In this document: positions 37,325 to 49,581 of the stretch, in pieces
Numbering within the stretch: the stretch's first letter is position 1
How the letters are laid out: every line of letters begins with the position of its first letter
Assembly: GCA_965645245.1 (NCBI GenBank)
Contig: OZ287072.1
Span: forward strand, 1,302,001-1,366,000
Reading direction: 5' to 3'
Length of the DNA stretch: 64,000 bases
DNA from: Massalongia carnosa
Taxonomy: Eukaryota
Translations under genes and position numbers: made by a program
The notes under the pieces: generated by a model
What the model saw: the letters and a program-made list of their open reading frames with translations, nothing else
Database searches by the model: none
What the model was told of the DNA's origin: nothing

Positions 37325-39438
37325 ATGGCAGCGTTCCTTCCTCGGCCTCAAATCTCCTTCAGGCCCCCCCAAGACCCGCCGCCAAGCTCCCCACCGGATC
37401 AAGCAATGTTCCATCTGAACAACGTGTCTCAGCCGTCATCAACCATTCGGAACCTGAACGAGTCGAGAACACAGCATCGGATCTCGGGCGACTACAGAAA
37501 CAACGGGATGGCTGGCTTCCCTGGCGGAGACGGTGCCCTGCCTGCTCCCAACGGACCGCAACCGCACATGGTAAATGGGGGCATACGACCCAGAGCTCCC
37601 ATAGGCGGCGGGGTGTTCGAGGGAGCCCGAAGTCCGCCGGGTACCAAAAGTACGTGATATACTTGATAGAGCACATGAAGTGGAATTTGGGCTGATCAAG
37701 TTTCACCTCAGACACCTCGCACGTGCCTTGCAAATTCTTCCGATCCGGTCAATGTCAAGCTGGCAAAGCATGCCCGTTTTCCCACTCAACAGACGTGTCG
37801 ACCGTCGACACCCCCTGCAAATACTTCTCCAAGGTACGGGTCATGGATTCTCACCACCGAGCGCGTTGAAGGTGCTGCCGTCGCGGATACGCTAACATTC
37901 TATTGTCCCAGGGTAATTGTAAATTTGGTGCAAAGTGCGCTTTGGCTCATGTCCTTCCCAACGGACGAAGAGTGAATCGTCCCAATGGGGCTATGGGAGG
38001 TCATCTAAATCTCGGCGGCAGAGTCGACCCTCAATCGTATCACCATCAGGATTCAGCCTTAGCGAACTCGCTCTTAGCACAGCAAGCGAGCGGGAACCAA
38101 TCAATATTTGGTCACCAGTTTTCTCACTTCGTGGAAGGAGACTTTAGCCCTCAGTCGGGCTTAAATCACAAGCTATATGACAGCATCCCTTCGATCGAGA
38201 CCGGCTACATATCCCACCCGGGATCGAAGTATGGTTCACCTCGGGATGACAGCCGGCTGCCACTGTCGCCCGTCGCGCATCTCAGCGCACTCGATGCCCC
38301 AATGCCAGCTTCTTTCGACAGTCAGGGCATTTCGTACATGGCAAGACACGGACCGGTCGCAGCCTCGGTGCCGTCGAAATTCGGCCTAGAATCGCCTCCA
38401 TCGTCGTTGCCAAAGAAGACGGCCTTGCCTTCGGACGCCATACGCAATCTACACGACTCGGCCTTTGGGCGTGCCAAAGCATCAAACTTGGGATCTTCGC
38501 CATTAGGCTCCGGGGATGAAGGATTCAGCCAACGAATCATGCATTCGCAACGAGTGCTCAAGCCGAACATGATGTCCTCGAGCCTGCCCAGAACCCGCGC
38601 CAACGCAACCGACGACTGGGACGAGGGCTTCATTTTCGGCGGGGAAGAAGACTTCCTACCTACGAGCTTACACGATCTCCTAACGCCTCAAGAAAAGATG
38701 CGCCGCCTGTCCCGAACTGAGCAAGATCCGAATACGCTCCGCGACTCCCTCAGCGGCCTCGGGACCCCCAACGATCCCTCCAGCAAAGTTGGCTCCCCCA
38801 GCACCGCCAGCCCCTCGCGCTACGGGGCCCTGTTCGCCCGGCAAAAACGCGACGAAGACAACCACAGCAACAACCCGCCATCCACTACGTTGGCTTTCGG
38901 CCACGTCGGCTCTCCGCTACGCAACTCGTCCCTGCATCCTAGTGTGAGCCCTAGCCTGCGTGCCTCCGCCAGCCATACCACTTCCGGCGACATGTCACCC
39001 TACCTCGCCAGTCCCCCACGCCAATCGTCCATGTCGATGATTTCACAGCAGCTATCGCGCTCTCGCCTCGGCTCCCGCGCTCCCGACCCTTCGCTCGGTG
39101 CTGGTGACAGCACTGCCACCCTCCACCCCCCTACAACTCGCCACGCTTCTGCCCCCATCTCCGCCACCACCACGAATCTTAACCGGGCTATCTCCTCCTC
39201 TTCTTCCATTAACACTACCGGCCGCATCGACGAGGAACAAGGTAACGGCGAGTTTGTCTTCGCGATGGAGGACGAGGACGACAGCGCGCATGCGGCAAAG
39301 CGGTATAGCGGGTCAGCGTGGACTTTGCAACAGCAGCAGCAGCAGCAATCTCAAGCGACCGGGTCGCCGCGGCTGGACCCCGCCAAGGCAGAAAAGGGGG
39401 GGAATGCCAGGAAGGGGGGAAGGGAATTTTGGACATGA
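37325..39438 (+). CDS. Tandem CCCH zinc-finger protein (Cps3/Scp3/Lee1-like)
   Basis: ARSPPGTKN-TSHVPCKFFRSGQCQAGKACPFSH...PCKYFSK-GNCKFGAKCALAH; LDAPMPASFDSQGIS; EEDFLPTSLHDLLTPQEKMRRLSR; FGHVGSPLRNS. Introns 37650-37711 and ~37834-37911. Confidence 0.85.
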
Positions 39439-40085
39439 AGCAGCACATTTTACCAAACACATCGGCGAAATAACAGAAACCTTGTTTGTTCGTTGTAGAC
39501 AGTACAAGAAGAGCTTTTTCGACCCTATGGGTGCCATGGCTTATGATGCGCTGCCCTGCCCTGCGATGCGATGCGATGCGATACTTTCTCCTAGCATACC
39601 GTATTTCCCCTATGTCCGTTCTCAGCAGCTTCCTTGGTAGCAGCAGAATTTCTCTCCCGTCAGGTGCTGCGCTATTGTTTCCAATTATTCACTACTGGTC
39701 CGTCAGCAAGCGACAAGCTCACGGTGTGTGTATTATACGTATTGAATCCATGTGGAATTTATACTATGCTCGATTTTCGGCCAGGGGTGAAGAAAAACAC
39801 AAGGATATGAACTGATGGATGGGCTTCTTCTTCTTCTTCTTCTTTCGTAATTAATTTTCCCTTGGCGAAACGGAAATGAAAATGGAAATGCGTGGGGAGC
39901 TCTTTCTGTCTTTATTTTCTGGATTGGAAAAACGGAGAAGGTTGGAGGGGAGGGGTAAATACGGGTCTATGTATGTACTCGCCAGGGATGGCTGAGCTGG
40001 GCTGGGCTGGGAGTTGGGAAAACCGTTCTTAGGAGGAGGAGAGTTGTGAGTTTGCGGGTTGCAGGGTGGAGTTGGGGGTGGGGAT

Positions 40086-40215
40086 GGGGAAAGGGGAAAG
40101 GGGAAAGGGGAAAGGGGAAAGGGGAAAGGGGAAAGGGGAAAGGGGAAAGGGGAAAGGGGAAAGGGGAAAGGGGAAAGGGGAAAGGGGAAAGGGGAAAGGG
40201 GAAAGGGGAAAGGGG
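40086..40215 (+). repeat. (GGGGAAA)~18.5 perfect minisatellite
   Basis: 130 nt of uninterrupted GGGGAAA between the convergent CCCH and UGGT genes. Confidence 0.97.
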
Positions 40216-40377
40216 TAAGTAAGATATAGGTAGGTAGATATACAACACCTCCTTGAAAGACGCGCCGAGCCGAGCCGAGCCTAGCCTAGCCTAGCGGTAC
40301 AATACACACGATAACAGAGTTGGTGAAGGAAAGGGGGGCAAGAAAAACGGCAAACAGAACCCTCCCCAAAAAACAAT

Positions 40378-43300
40378 TTACAACTCGTCTCGCATATCCT
40401 CTTGCCCTTTCCCCTCCCCCTCCCCTTCCCTGTCCTCATCCCCATCCGCATCCACTTTGCCCGCACCGCTCAGAACCCCCCGGATCTCCTCGTCGTAGAC
40501 TGTCCACTCGGGCACCTGCCTCCTCGCCCGGTCCAGCTTCGGCTCCTTGGTCATCGGGTTGTTGCACAGATCGATGGTGCGGGCCGTGGCCAAGCTCGCG
40601 TCGCTGCACCAGGTCTCGCACCACAGCCAGTCCTGCGGCAGGCTGTGGATGGGCAGCTGCGCCTGCATGTGGTTCGGCAGGTCCTGGTCCAGGTTCGACA
40701 GGCTGGCCGGGTCGGCGCTGAGCTGGTGGTACTGGCCGCGCAGGCGGTCGCCGGCCGCCAGCTGCCGGAAGCGTTTGAGGTCGACGGCGTAGAGAGCGGA
40801 GATGTGGTAGGGCAGGCCGCGGAGAAAGGATTTCCAGTAGCCCTGCTTCCAGAAGCGGAAGCCTTCCATTTCGGTGCGGGAGTCACACATGGGGGTGAAG
40901 GCGTACGGGGCGCCTTCGAGGTCGTGCGTGACGAGATCGTACATGTCCGTGCGCACGATCTGGTCGGCATCGACGAAAATGACCTTGTCGAGGGAAAGGG
41001 GGAAGAGCACGTCGAGAAAGAGGATCTTGTAGCCCCAGATCTCGCGCTGCTTTTCCGTCTGCGCCCGCAGCCAGTGCGGCCACTTGTACGTAACGAGAGC
41101 GTAGTCGAAGCGGTAATGTTGCGCGAGGCGCGGGAGCGAGAGCTTGAAGGATGGGGAGAGGAACTGCTCGATGAACCAGAATTTGACCGTGTGCTTCGTG
41201 TACCGCATCACGCTCACCATCATGATGTTGAGCATGCGCTCGTAGAGATGACCCGATGCAACGGAGAAGATGTTGATGTCGGCTTGAGCGGGAGGTGGGA
41301 TCGCCAGCCCGACGGAGTACAACATTGATGAAGCAAATCTCGAGGCCTTAGCGACAATGTCCATGGGAGAGCCGGCTTTCCCGCCGACTTCAAGCACGTC
41401 TTCGGATTCCTGGCCCGGGTTGCGGGAGAGTCGGGGGTAGAGCGTTATACCTTGGAAACTCATGAGGGCGATTTCCGTGCTCTCGTCGCCGGGCTGCGGG
41501 TTATAACCCTTCTGCCCCGCGCTGTCGATGTGGAAGATCTGCTGGCTTCGGCCGGCTTGGAGCTGGATCTTCCAGAAGCCAGGGTTCGCCTTGAACTGGA
41601 AGTAACCCAGATTCGCCATGATGATGGTGTCGGCGAAATGGGGGTTTTTCTGGGTTCCCAAAAGAAGCTGGACCCCGCGAGGAGGTGGGCCTGTGGTCAC
41701 GTCTCTTGAATGACCTTCGATCAAGATGTGCTCCAGCTCGTAGATGGCATCAATGCTGGAGTCGTCTTTCAAGGCGCTCAGCTTAATGTTGTCAAGATCA
41801 TGAATCGATTCTTTCGGCGCAACAAGCCATGCTGGTGGCACATCAAGAGCCAGGTTCAGTAGAGCGTCTTTGGGTAGCCTCTCGAACGTTGCTTTCAGAT
41901 CCCGTAATGCACCCTCTTCATCGAAAGATGGCTTTGCATCTAAAACGTGGCGATAAAACCTCTTGATTGGAAGCTCTTGCATTCTCTCTTTTGGATTAAG
42001 GAAGAGTTTGAGATGCACCCCGCTGAGGGCGGATAATACCTTGAGCATAGGAATCCATCGTTGCGCGAGCTGGCTAGTAGGGTCAATGGAAGTAACGAGA
42101 TGAATCGAGGCGGTCTCTGCATCACCGACTGATATCGTCGTATGGCTTGTCTCCCATTGCTGAAAAGTATCCATGCGTAAGGTTGAGGCGGAGTCAAATA
42201 TCCCTTCAGGTATATCAGACGTCGTAGAGAGGGCTATGATTGAAGAGAGAACCGCTGCAGCAAAAGGTGTGCTAACTCGGTCTTCGAATCCGAGTGCCAT
42301 CACCGCCGTATGCGCAGGAGTCAACCTCTTTGATTTTTCAAACTTTAGCAACTGCTCCAAATCCGTAAACGCAAAACTTGAGAATATTGGTAATGGCCCC
42401 AGAAGTCTTCCATTGAGAAGCAGACCTTGCTGCCCTTGCTGAAGACCAACCGCCTCAGCAATAGGTTGGAAGGATTTCCAGAAAGCCTCTGCCTCGTTTA
42501 CAGGCTGTTGGGACGATTGTGCATCAAATCCATCAGGTGCTCCCAGAATTTCCTCCAAAGAGTCGGCCTCAATGTTACTACCATGCTCGAGCATCAAGCC
42601 GAAAAGTTTGAAAGTGCTCAGAGACAATGGTGCTTCGGTACTGCTGTGGAGGAGCAATAACTCCACCTCCCTGTATGATTTGACAAATTTAATAGCCTCC
42701 GTAGCCAGTGTGCAGCCTTCCAACGTGTCCAGATTCGCAACAACAAGCAACTGCACAGGATAGGCTGCGGAATCTCCCGTCGAGACAACGCGTGGTAAGC
42801 GGCTGTATAGTTCCTCATTTTTTGCCACAAGGTTCCCCACGTCAATTATTTTAATAGTGCTTTCATCCTCGGGAATAATAAGTGCGTTACGATACATGGC
42901 TGCTTGTTGTAAGAACTGGCCGGCAAGCCAGGCTTCCTCATCTACGACTTCCTCGTACACCTGTTGCTGTACTGTCCGAAGATCTGTGTCAACCTTTGCG
43001 CTCATGGCTTGTAGCCAATTGTCATTTCGAGAGAGCGCAGCTCCATTCACAAAGAAAGGAAGAATTTTCCCATCAGCACCAAGCCGGGTCAGATAAGTTT
43101 GGGCAAGCTGTACGCGGCTCTTCAAGACTTCTGCCTTCAGCACAACCTCGTGGGTAAGTTCGGCTTGATCTTTGCGGACAGTTCGTCCTGCGATTGTGGA
43201 TTGAAAGACGGACTTCTTGGCTATTAACATTTTCTTTCCTTGAACTGACTGCATGGCATAAGCAGGTAGCACAGTCAGTGAGCGGGTTCAGGGTCAAGAT

Positions 43301-45061
43301 ATACCTCAGTAAGATAGGACAGAACAGCGCTCAGACCGTACGTATCCAGCAAGTAATAAAGGATCATCGCCTGTTGTGCTGCGGCATTTGAACGTATCGA
43401 AGGTACGATACCAAACCGAATGGGTAGGGTGCGCTTCACAAACGTTTGGAGGGTTTCAATAAGTAATTCTGTATCTTTAACGTCGGTAAGGTCTAATGGA
43501 ATGACAACATTGTGAATATCACGTCGAACGGTGGGTAGCTGGCCTGGGTACGTCCGCTGGAGTAACTGAATTACTTTGTGAGCTAATGCCGTCAAGGAAT
43601 TGCGATCAAACTTACAGCTGAAGCATGCGCCGGCCAACCAGCATACCGTTTGTCTTTCTCAATATTGTTGAGCCAGATGATCACCTTGCCTCCTTCCATT
43701 GCGTCCCTATAATCATATCGCTGCGACTCGCCTCCTGCCTTGGATTCAGCAATGGCTGGATGCGAAAGTATCTGTACCGCTTCCAACCCGGTAAATCCCA
43801 GCTTCCTCAAACTGCCAACGATCGAACGCTCCCGCCGTAACTGATCCAGTAAAGCAAACGCATCCATCTGCCGGGCTTCGACCTGCATGCCATTCATCCA
43901 AATGACGTTATATCCGGGAGGTAGAAATATCTCTCGATTCTTACGATGCTCAGCCACAAACTCTGCCGAAGCATTTTGCTTTGCTATGGAGGAAGAATAT
44001 TTAGGGAAATCCTGGGATACTTTAAGCAGAGCTTCTAAAGGATTCTCGCTCTCCATGACAAAGCTCGATGTTTTAAGACCGAGACCCAATAGTTCTGTCG
44101 AAGACAAGGGCTTGAGATCCGACAATTCATCGTCGTCAATAAGAACAGCTTCTGCTTCCTCTACAGAAGTATCAATTCCCAAGCTGTCCGCTTCAGCAGC
44201 CCTGTCATCGATGACTATGTAATCCGTCCTCTTCAGAGCAAGCTCCACACCATACCCGTTGACCACCAAGGGTCTTTTTGAGGGATCCGTCGAAGATCGA
44301 TATCGAACGCGGTATGAGGTCTGGCCATTGCGAGCGGTTTTGCTAACTGTCTGGTGGAATTGAGCGAAAAGGGGCGATGTTATATCAGCATACAGCACGG
44401 ACTGGGTGGCCGGGGATTCTAGAGCTGCGCCTAGTATTCGATCGAATGGTAAATTCTTGGGATGCCTACGATTGTGTCAGCGGCTGATAGACCGCCTTTT
44501 CCTTTACCCAGACATACTCTGAGCCCCCTACATCTTGCTGTGCCCGATCCAATGCTGGGGAGCAGTATTGTTTTCCATCAAAATGCACCCATACCGGACA
44601 CGCTGCATCCTGCGCAATCATCAAAGACGGCTCAACCGAGGTTTCGTAATATTGATAATGCGCTTCGATTCGGGGCGCAGCGGAGTGGATGGAGAGGGCA
44701 AATTGCAAGGACGATAAGGCATCTGAATCGTTGATGTGTCCATCTTCCTGGACAACTTGGAGGAACGTCTCATACAGTTCCTGATCCGTACTACATTCTG
44801 AAAAACAGCCTTCGGCGATTCGGTCAAGGAGGGGGAAATATGCGGTGGAGTTTTCCTCTGCGGTTGCCTCCCTAATCTTTGTTAGCCTTCTTGTCTCCAA
44901 TACAGAATAAATTCGATAGTCACCAACAGCAGCTCTAGGATGTAGGGAGGGGAGTTGAACGATGCTTGGAGCGCAACATTGATGGCCGCAGTGGCCGACA
45001 CGTGGTGAGTGGCAGCTAGCAGAACTCCAATGAGCTCCCACGGCAAAAGATATAGGAGCAT
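40378..45061 (-). CDS. UDP-glucose:glycoprotein glucosyltransferase (UGGT; Gpt1/Kre5 family, GT24)
   Basis: Signal peptide MLLYLLPWELIGVLLAATHHVSA, APRIEAHYQYY, GYGVELALKRTDYIVIDDR, GT24 domain INIFSVASGHLYERML, IWGYKILFLDVLFP, FVDADQ, LSNLDQDLPN, WLWCETWC, DLCNNP; ER-retention RDEL. Several introns. Confidence 0.96.
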
Positions 45062-45987
45062 GACAGCCAGGAAGCCTTTCGCTATCAGACTCGCATAGCA
45101 CTTCAATGGCGCAAGTTGCGCAAGTAAACAGTTCTACTCGGAACTGTCGTTTCCTATGATCAGTCGATCGGAACCATTTCGCGATAAGGATAGTATATAT
45201 ACACTGATTATATCCAGAGGTGAGAGACGCAGCTCAGCTCCTGACAGATACTTCCTTAACTACGAAGAAGCGAGTGTACAAAAACTTACGAAAGACTGTT
45301 TTGCGAAGAAGAATTGGCCAGATTTCTTCGGAAAACGATGACCCGCTTTAGGAAAAGCGCCGGCAGCCGGAGTTTTAAAGGGCCGACCCCCCGTCCTTTT
45401 TCCGTTGTTAGAGGAGCACGTGACTGATTCCAGCGCCGGCATCCATGATCTTAACACTTCAAGAAATAGGGTAATCAATGGCTACCGGCGCCCCAGCAGT
45501 GTTATCCAGGCCCTCCTGCTTAGACAACGCCAGAGGCACGATGTGGACATGATAGTTCATCAATAATTGGAAAGGGAAAAGTTTGGAACAAACCCCTCTT
45601 TCTCGGGACGTAACAGATATCTGTTCAAATCATCGTGGACGAAAACCCTTCGCCCTAACTCAATCGTGGGTAAGTGTATCATACGAAATGTACGATTGTG
45701 CCTTCATGAACCCCTGACCCTCCCTTTTTGTGCCATAGGTTCTGTTCATGCCATTCCATCCAGCTATCCAGCCAGTCCCATTTTCCCCGCCAATTACAAG
45801 AGGAAATCCAACGCCATTCGCGCTCGCTTCCCTTTCGTAACATACGCCGATGCCTGGGTACATAGAAAACCAGGTACAAAAAAACAACATATCGTGGCAG
45901 TTCCCTTTCATCATCATACATAAAAGGACAGAGCAGCAGCAATTCCAGTATCCGATCTCTAGGACGTTGAGCATGAACATATCGTGA

Positions 45988-47517
45988 TCACACTTCGTAA
46001 CTCCTTCCTTGACCCCTACTTCTCGTATTGGGTATCTGGTTCTCCTTGTCCCTTCGCGCCTCCAAGATCAGGCGCTGCCGTTTCGCGTCGTCGATCTCGA
46101 AGGGTACGTGGTCGCCGCTGCCGGACCGCCCGTGCTTGGCCCTCGCGACCCCGATAGAACTAGTAGATTTCATCTTCTTCAGGCTGCGGACGCGGTCACG
46201 GCCCTCATTGCCGGTGGGTTCTTTGACGTCGTTGCGGGAGCGGAAGTTGCTGATAATCTTCTCGAGAGCGGATTTGGGTTTCTTAGGGGATGGAGGCGGA
46301 AGCGTCGGTGAGACGGGGAGAGGCTTATCGTTCGCGGAATACGCCGTGGAGTATTTTTCATTAGGTAAGCTTGAAGTCGAGGGCTTGCGGTGGCTTCCTA
46401 TGCTGCTACTAGTAGAAGGACGATCGCCGATGGCGAAGCTAACGCCTGAGTCGGCACGGCGGTCTGCTCGACGGAATTCTTCGCCAGCCGGTGTGAAGAA
46501 CTCAGGGCCGGAGACTTGCATGCATTCATCGATGACGCCATTGGTAGTGCGAAGATATTTATCAACTGTATCTCTGACCGGGGGCCAACCGGTGTCGTCC
46601 GTTGCGCGCTGCCCCTGGAGTTCAAGGTTTTTAAGGATACCTTTCCCGTTCCTTTCAACGCCTTGGATGTACCTGAAAAAGGCGTTGCGTTGCTTAGCTA
46701 GGATTTCGTGGTTAAGTTGTCGTGTTGGTGGGTGGGCTGTTGTAGGGGGATAGAGGGTGTTTAGCATTGCGATGCAGTTGGCTTTGCTGAATGGTTCGAG
46801 ACGCATCTCGTTGATGAGCGTCTATAGGCCATGTGTTAGCCATACGCTCCTGCTCACAGGGATGGGCGGATTAATCACCCAGCGACGGAGACCAAGGTAG
46901 ACTTGGGTGTAGAGCGCCTCAACCTTCCTCTCTTTGGCTTGCATGCGTAACAGCCACTCCGCTATCCGTGGGTGTTTTGTAGTTATCTCCTTTGCTGCGT
47001 GGCTAAAGGTATTTCTGTCCAGACCCAGTCTATGTAGTACCAGCGTCAGCTCCCTCTTCCTTCTGTTCTCCAGGTCTTTGAGATAGTCTAGGGCGGTCAG
47101 TGCTTGAGTGAAGTCGACAAGCACAAGGTCTTCTGTGAAGCAACGGCGAACAAAAGAGGTGACGAATCCGGGCGGTAGGGAATATGGCTGCGAAGGGACC
47201 CGACTGATGTAAGTTAACAAACACGACCTGAAGTGTTCGGCGGCAATTTGCGCGGCGAGATGCTGCTGTTGCTGGTCTGGTGGGAAGTAAGGAGAAGCAG
47301 GAGAAAGATCTGGAGGCGATCCGTCCGGGAGCGTCGGTGTGCCTGCGCGACCCGACTGACGAGGAAGCGGTTGTGATTGTTGGGTCGAATTGAGTGAATA
47401 CATCGTTCGAAGAGGGATTTCGTATGTTCCAGGGTTCGTTAAGAGATGTTCGAGGATCCATAGATAAGGATTGTCGTTGGTAATGGACGGAGAGAATGTG
47501 TTGTTGTGAGATGACAT
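45988..47517 (-). CDS. Hypothetical protein, two exons, unknown function
   Basis: Protein-like blocks LEHLLTNPGTYEIPLRTMYSLN, SLPPGFVTSFVRRCF, VDFTQALTALDYLKDLENRR, VEALYTQVYLGLRRW-TLINEMRLEPFSKANCIAMLNTLYPP. Intron ~46822-46877 joins the two long ORFs. Confidence 0.8.
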
Positions 47518-49504
47518 GGTTGCTTTTTGCTCCGAGAAGCCAGCGATCCAAGCAATTGTTGATTCTGGAGCGGCGGAGAGGCTTGGAAGCCGAAGATATG
47601 GAGTGTTATGTATAGGAGTAGCCCCCAACGTTATTAATCTTCAATACCTCATGGTCAAGCTGCTGACAGACATGCGACAGAACCAAACAAGGTGGTTTCT
47701 GTCCGAGGCGGGACTGTCAATGTTCCTGGTTCCTGGCTGTTGACGTTATGATGGTATTTGTTTGTTGTTTTCGTTGACGGAGTACAGTAAATGGTGGTGT
47801 AGACTTCGGAGCGTTGCTGGGCGAGAGGTTGGCGCCGTCACTTTTCGCCGGGAGGCAGGGACACGAACGAAGAACGAAGATGGGTGAAAGCCGTCGCAAT
47901 ATAACGAACGGTGGCAATCCGAAGAAAATGCTAAAAGGATAAACCAGATGCCCTATGTCAATCGCAGCTTTCCGAGTTGAGTGCGTAGGGGCGTCCTGGT
48001 GGTTGCAACGACTTATTATTAATGCCTGTGTGACTCAGGCGATCTGGATCAAGCAGATTCCCGAGACACCCTGACGCTGTCTATCTTTACGTTTTCAGGG
48101 TTTCAGAGACGGAGGCAGAGCCGGGGAGGCAGAGACGGTATAAGGAATCCGAGAGATGCGGTGTCAACGATGGACTCGAATGGAGAGTCTCAGGTCGTGT
48201 TTGGGGTGTGGTAGAGGACAGGAATGCGGGTGTTGACCTGGGACGGCACGAACGCGGCGAACTTGCCTCGATTGAGATCAAAAAAGGTACAGCAATTTGT
48301 ACACACTGAAGGAGAGCTGTTTCTAGATGTTGTTGATCAAAATACTAGCAAGGAAGGGTAATGAAGGAGATTTACGAAATCTGTAGAGGGGTTAGGGGGA
48401 AAAGGAGGTCATCAACGGTTAACAGGAAAGTCGTCAAGAACGAGAGTTGGGGAGAGCGTAAGATGCGAGAGACGATCAAAGCTGAGGCAAGGTCTTCTTC
48501 TCTCCGGGTCGGTCAGGTATCTATAGGACCAGTCAGGAAGCAGGCAAGGCACGTTACACCGGACAAGCTGGGCTATGGGATAGAAGACCTATCAACGAGT
48601 GCATCGAATCGATTCTCGTTTGACGAAAAAGGAAAAAGAAAAGAAGTAAAAAGGGTTGACTATATTTCACCAATTAACTAAATATTTATTCCTTGCCTCG
48701 AGAATAAGAACGAGCGGTATGTTGCATGCAGCATGGGTGGTAGTGGTCGTACTATCCTGTACTCTGTACAACCGACCTGCCCACATCCGCATCAAGCAAA
48801 GAAGAAGTCATGGCCTCAGGTCGTGATGAGGGTCCTTTGTACCGAGGAGGATTCCACCCGCATCAAAGCACGCGTTCATGCGTTCCCGTCTCCGACTCGA
48901 TGGTAAGTACTCTATACAGACAGAGTACAGAATACTCCATACATGAGGGGGAAAGTACTACCCTCCTGCCCCAGATTGGTCAACAGCAAACTCAAAACGC
49001 CGCAGTTAGGAAAAATCAAATAGCTTTCTGTGCCATTTAAGGCATCGACGGGCACGGTATCTCCCGCTGCTGATTGTGATCCCCTGACCGATTCCGATAT
49101 CTTCCTATTTCAGGATCCAATAACTGTCAATCGAATACGGCGCCGACGTTTTGACAAATGGAAGTTTCGAGTAAATAGGCCCTTTCTCTCATACGCTGTC
49201 TAACACAATTAAGGCTGAAAGCAGCTAGGAGGAGGGGGGGGGAACGTTATTTCCTTTCGTGTTGCACATGTCAAAACCTCCCCCTTACCCTTCCATTGCG
49301 GGCAGAATATCCTCCGCATAGATGCTGCATGAGCGTCCGAGAGACAAAAGTCCGGTCCCCTTGAGCCTGGTCAGGCTGAGAGGCCTGGGCTTCATGTCTT
49401 AGATAGAAAACATTTCCGTTCCAAGCGTTAATCTATAAAATCTTATTTTACATTGTTCCATTTGCCATCTCCCAATCTTTCTCAAAAACAGAGTTTTTCT
49501 TCCC

Positions 49505-49581
49505 CAGGGTGTTCAGGGTGTTCAGGGTGTTCAGGGTGTTCAGGGTGTTCAGGGTGTTCAGGGTGTTCAGGGTGTTCAGGG
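49505..49581 (+). repeat. (CAGGGTGTT)8 minisatellite
   Basis: Eight exact 9-nt copies plus a partial CAGGG. Confidence 0.97.

Noticed and set aside
40320..41328. 308-aa and 133-aa plus-strand ORFs
   Set aside because: Antisense to the high-GC3 UGGT catalytic domain; stop-codon depletion artefact.
49505..49581. CRISPR-like or peptide-repeat (FRV)n coding interpretation of the 9-mer array; likewise (PFPFPLS)n at 39967-40248
   Set aside because: No spacers, eukaryotic context, and the ORFs are by-products of tandem repeats.
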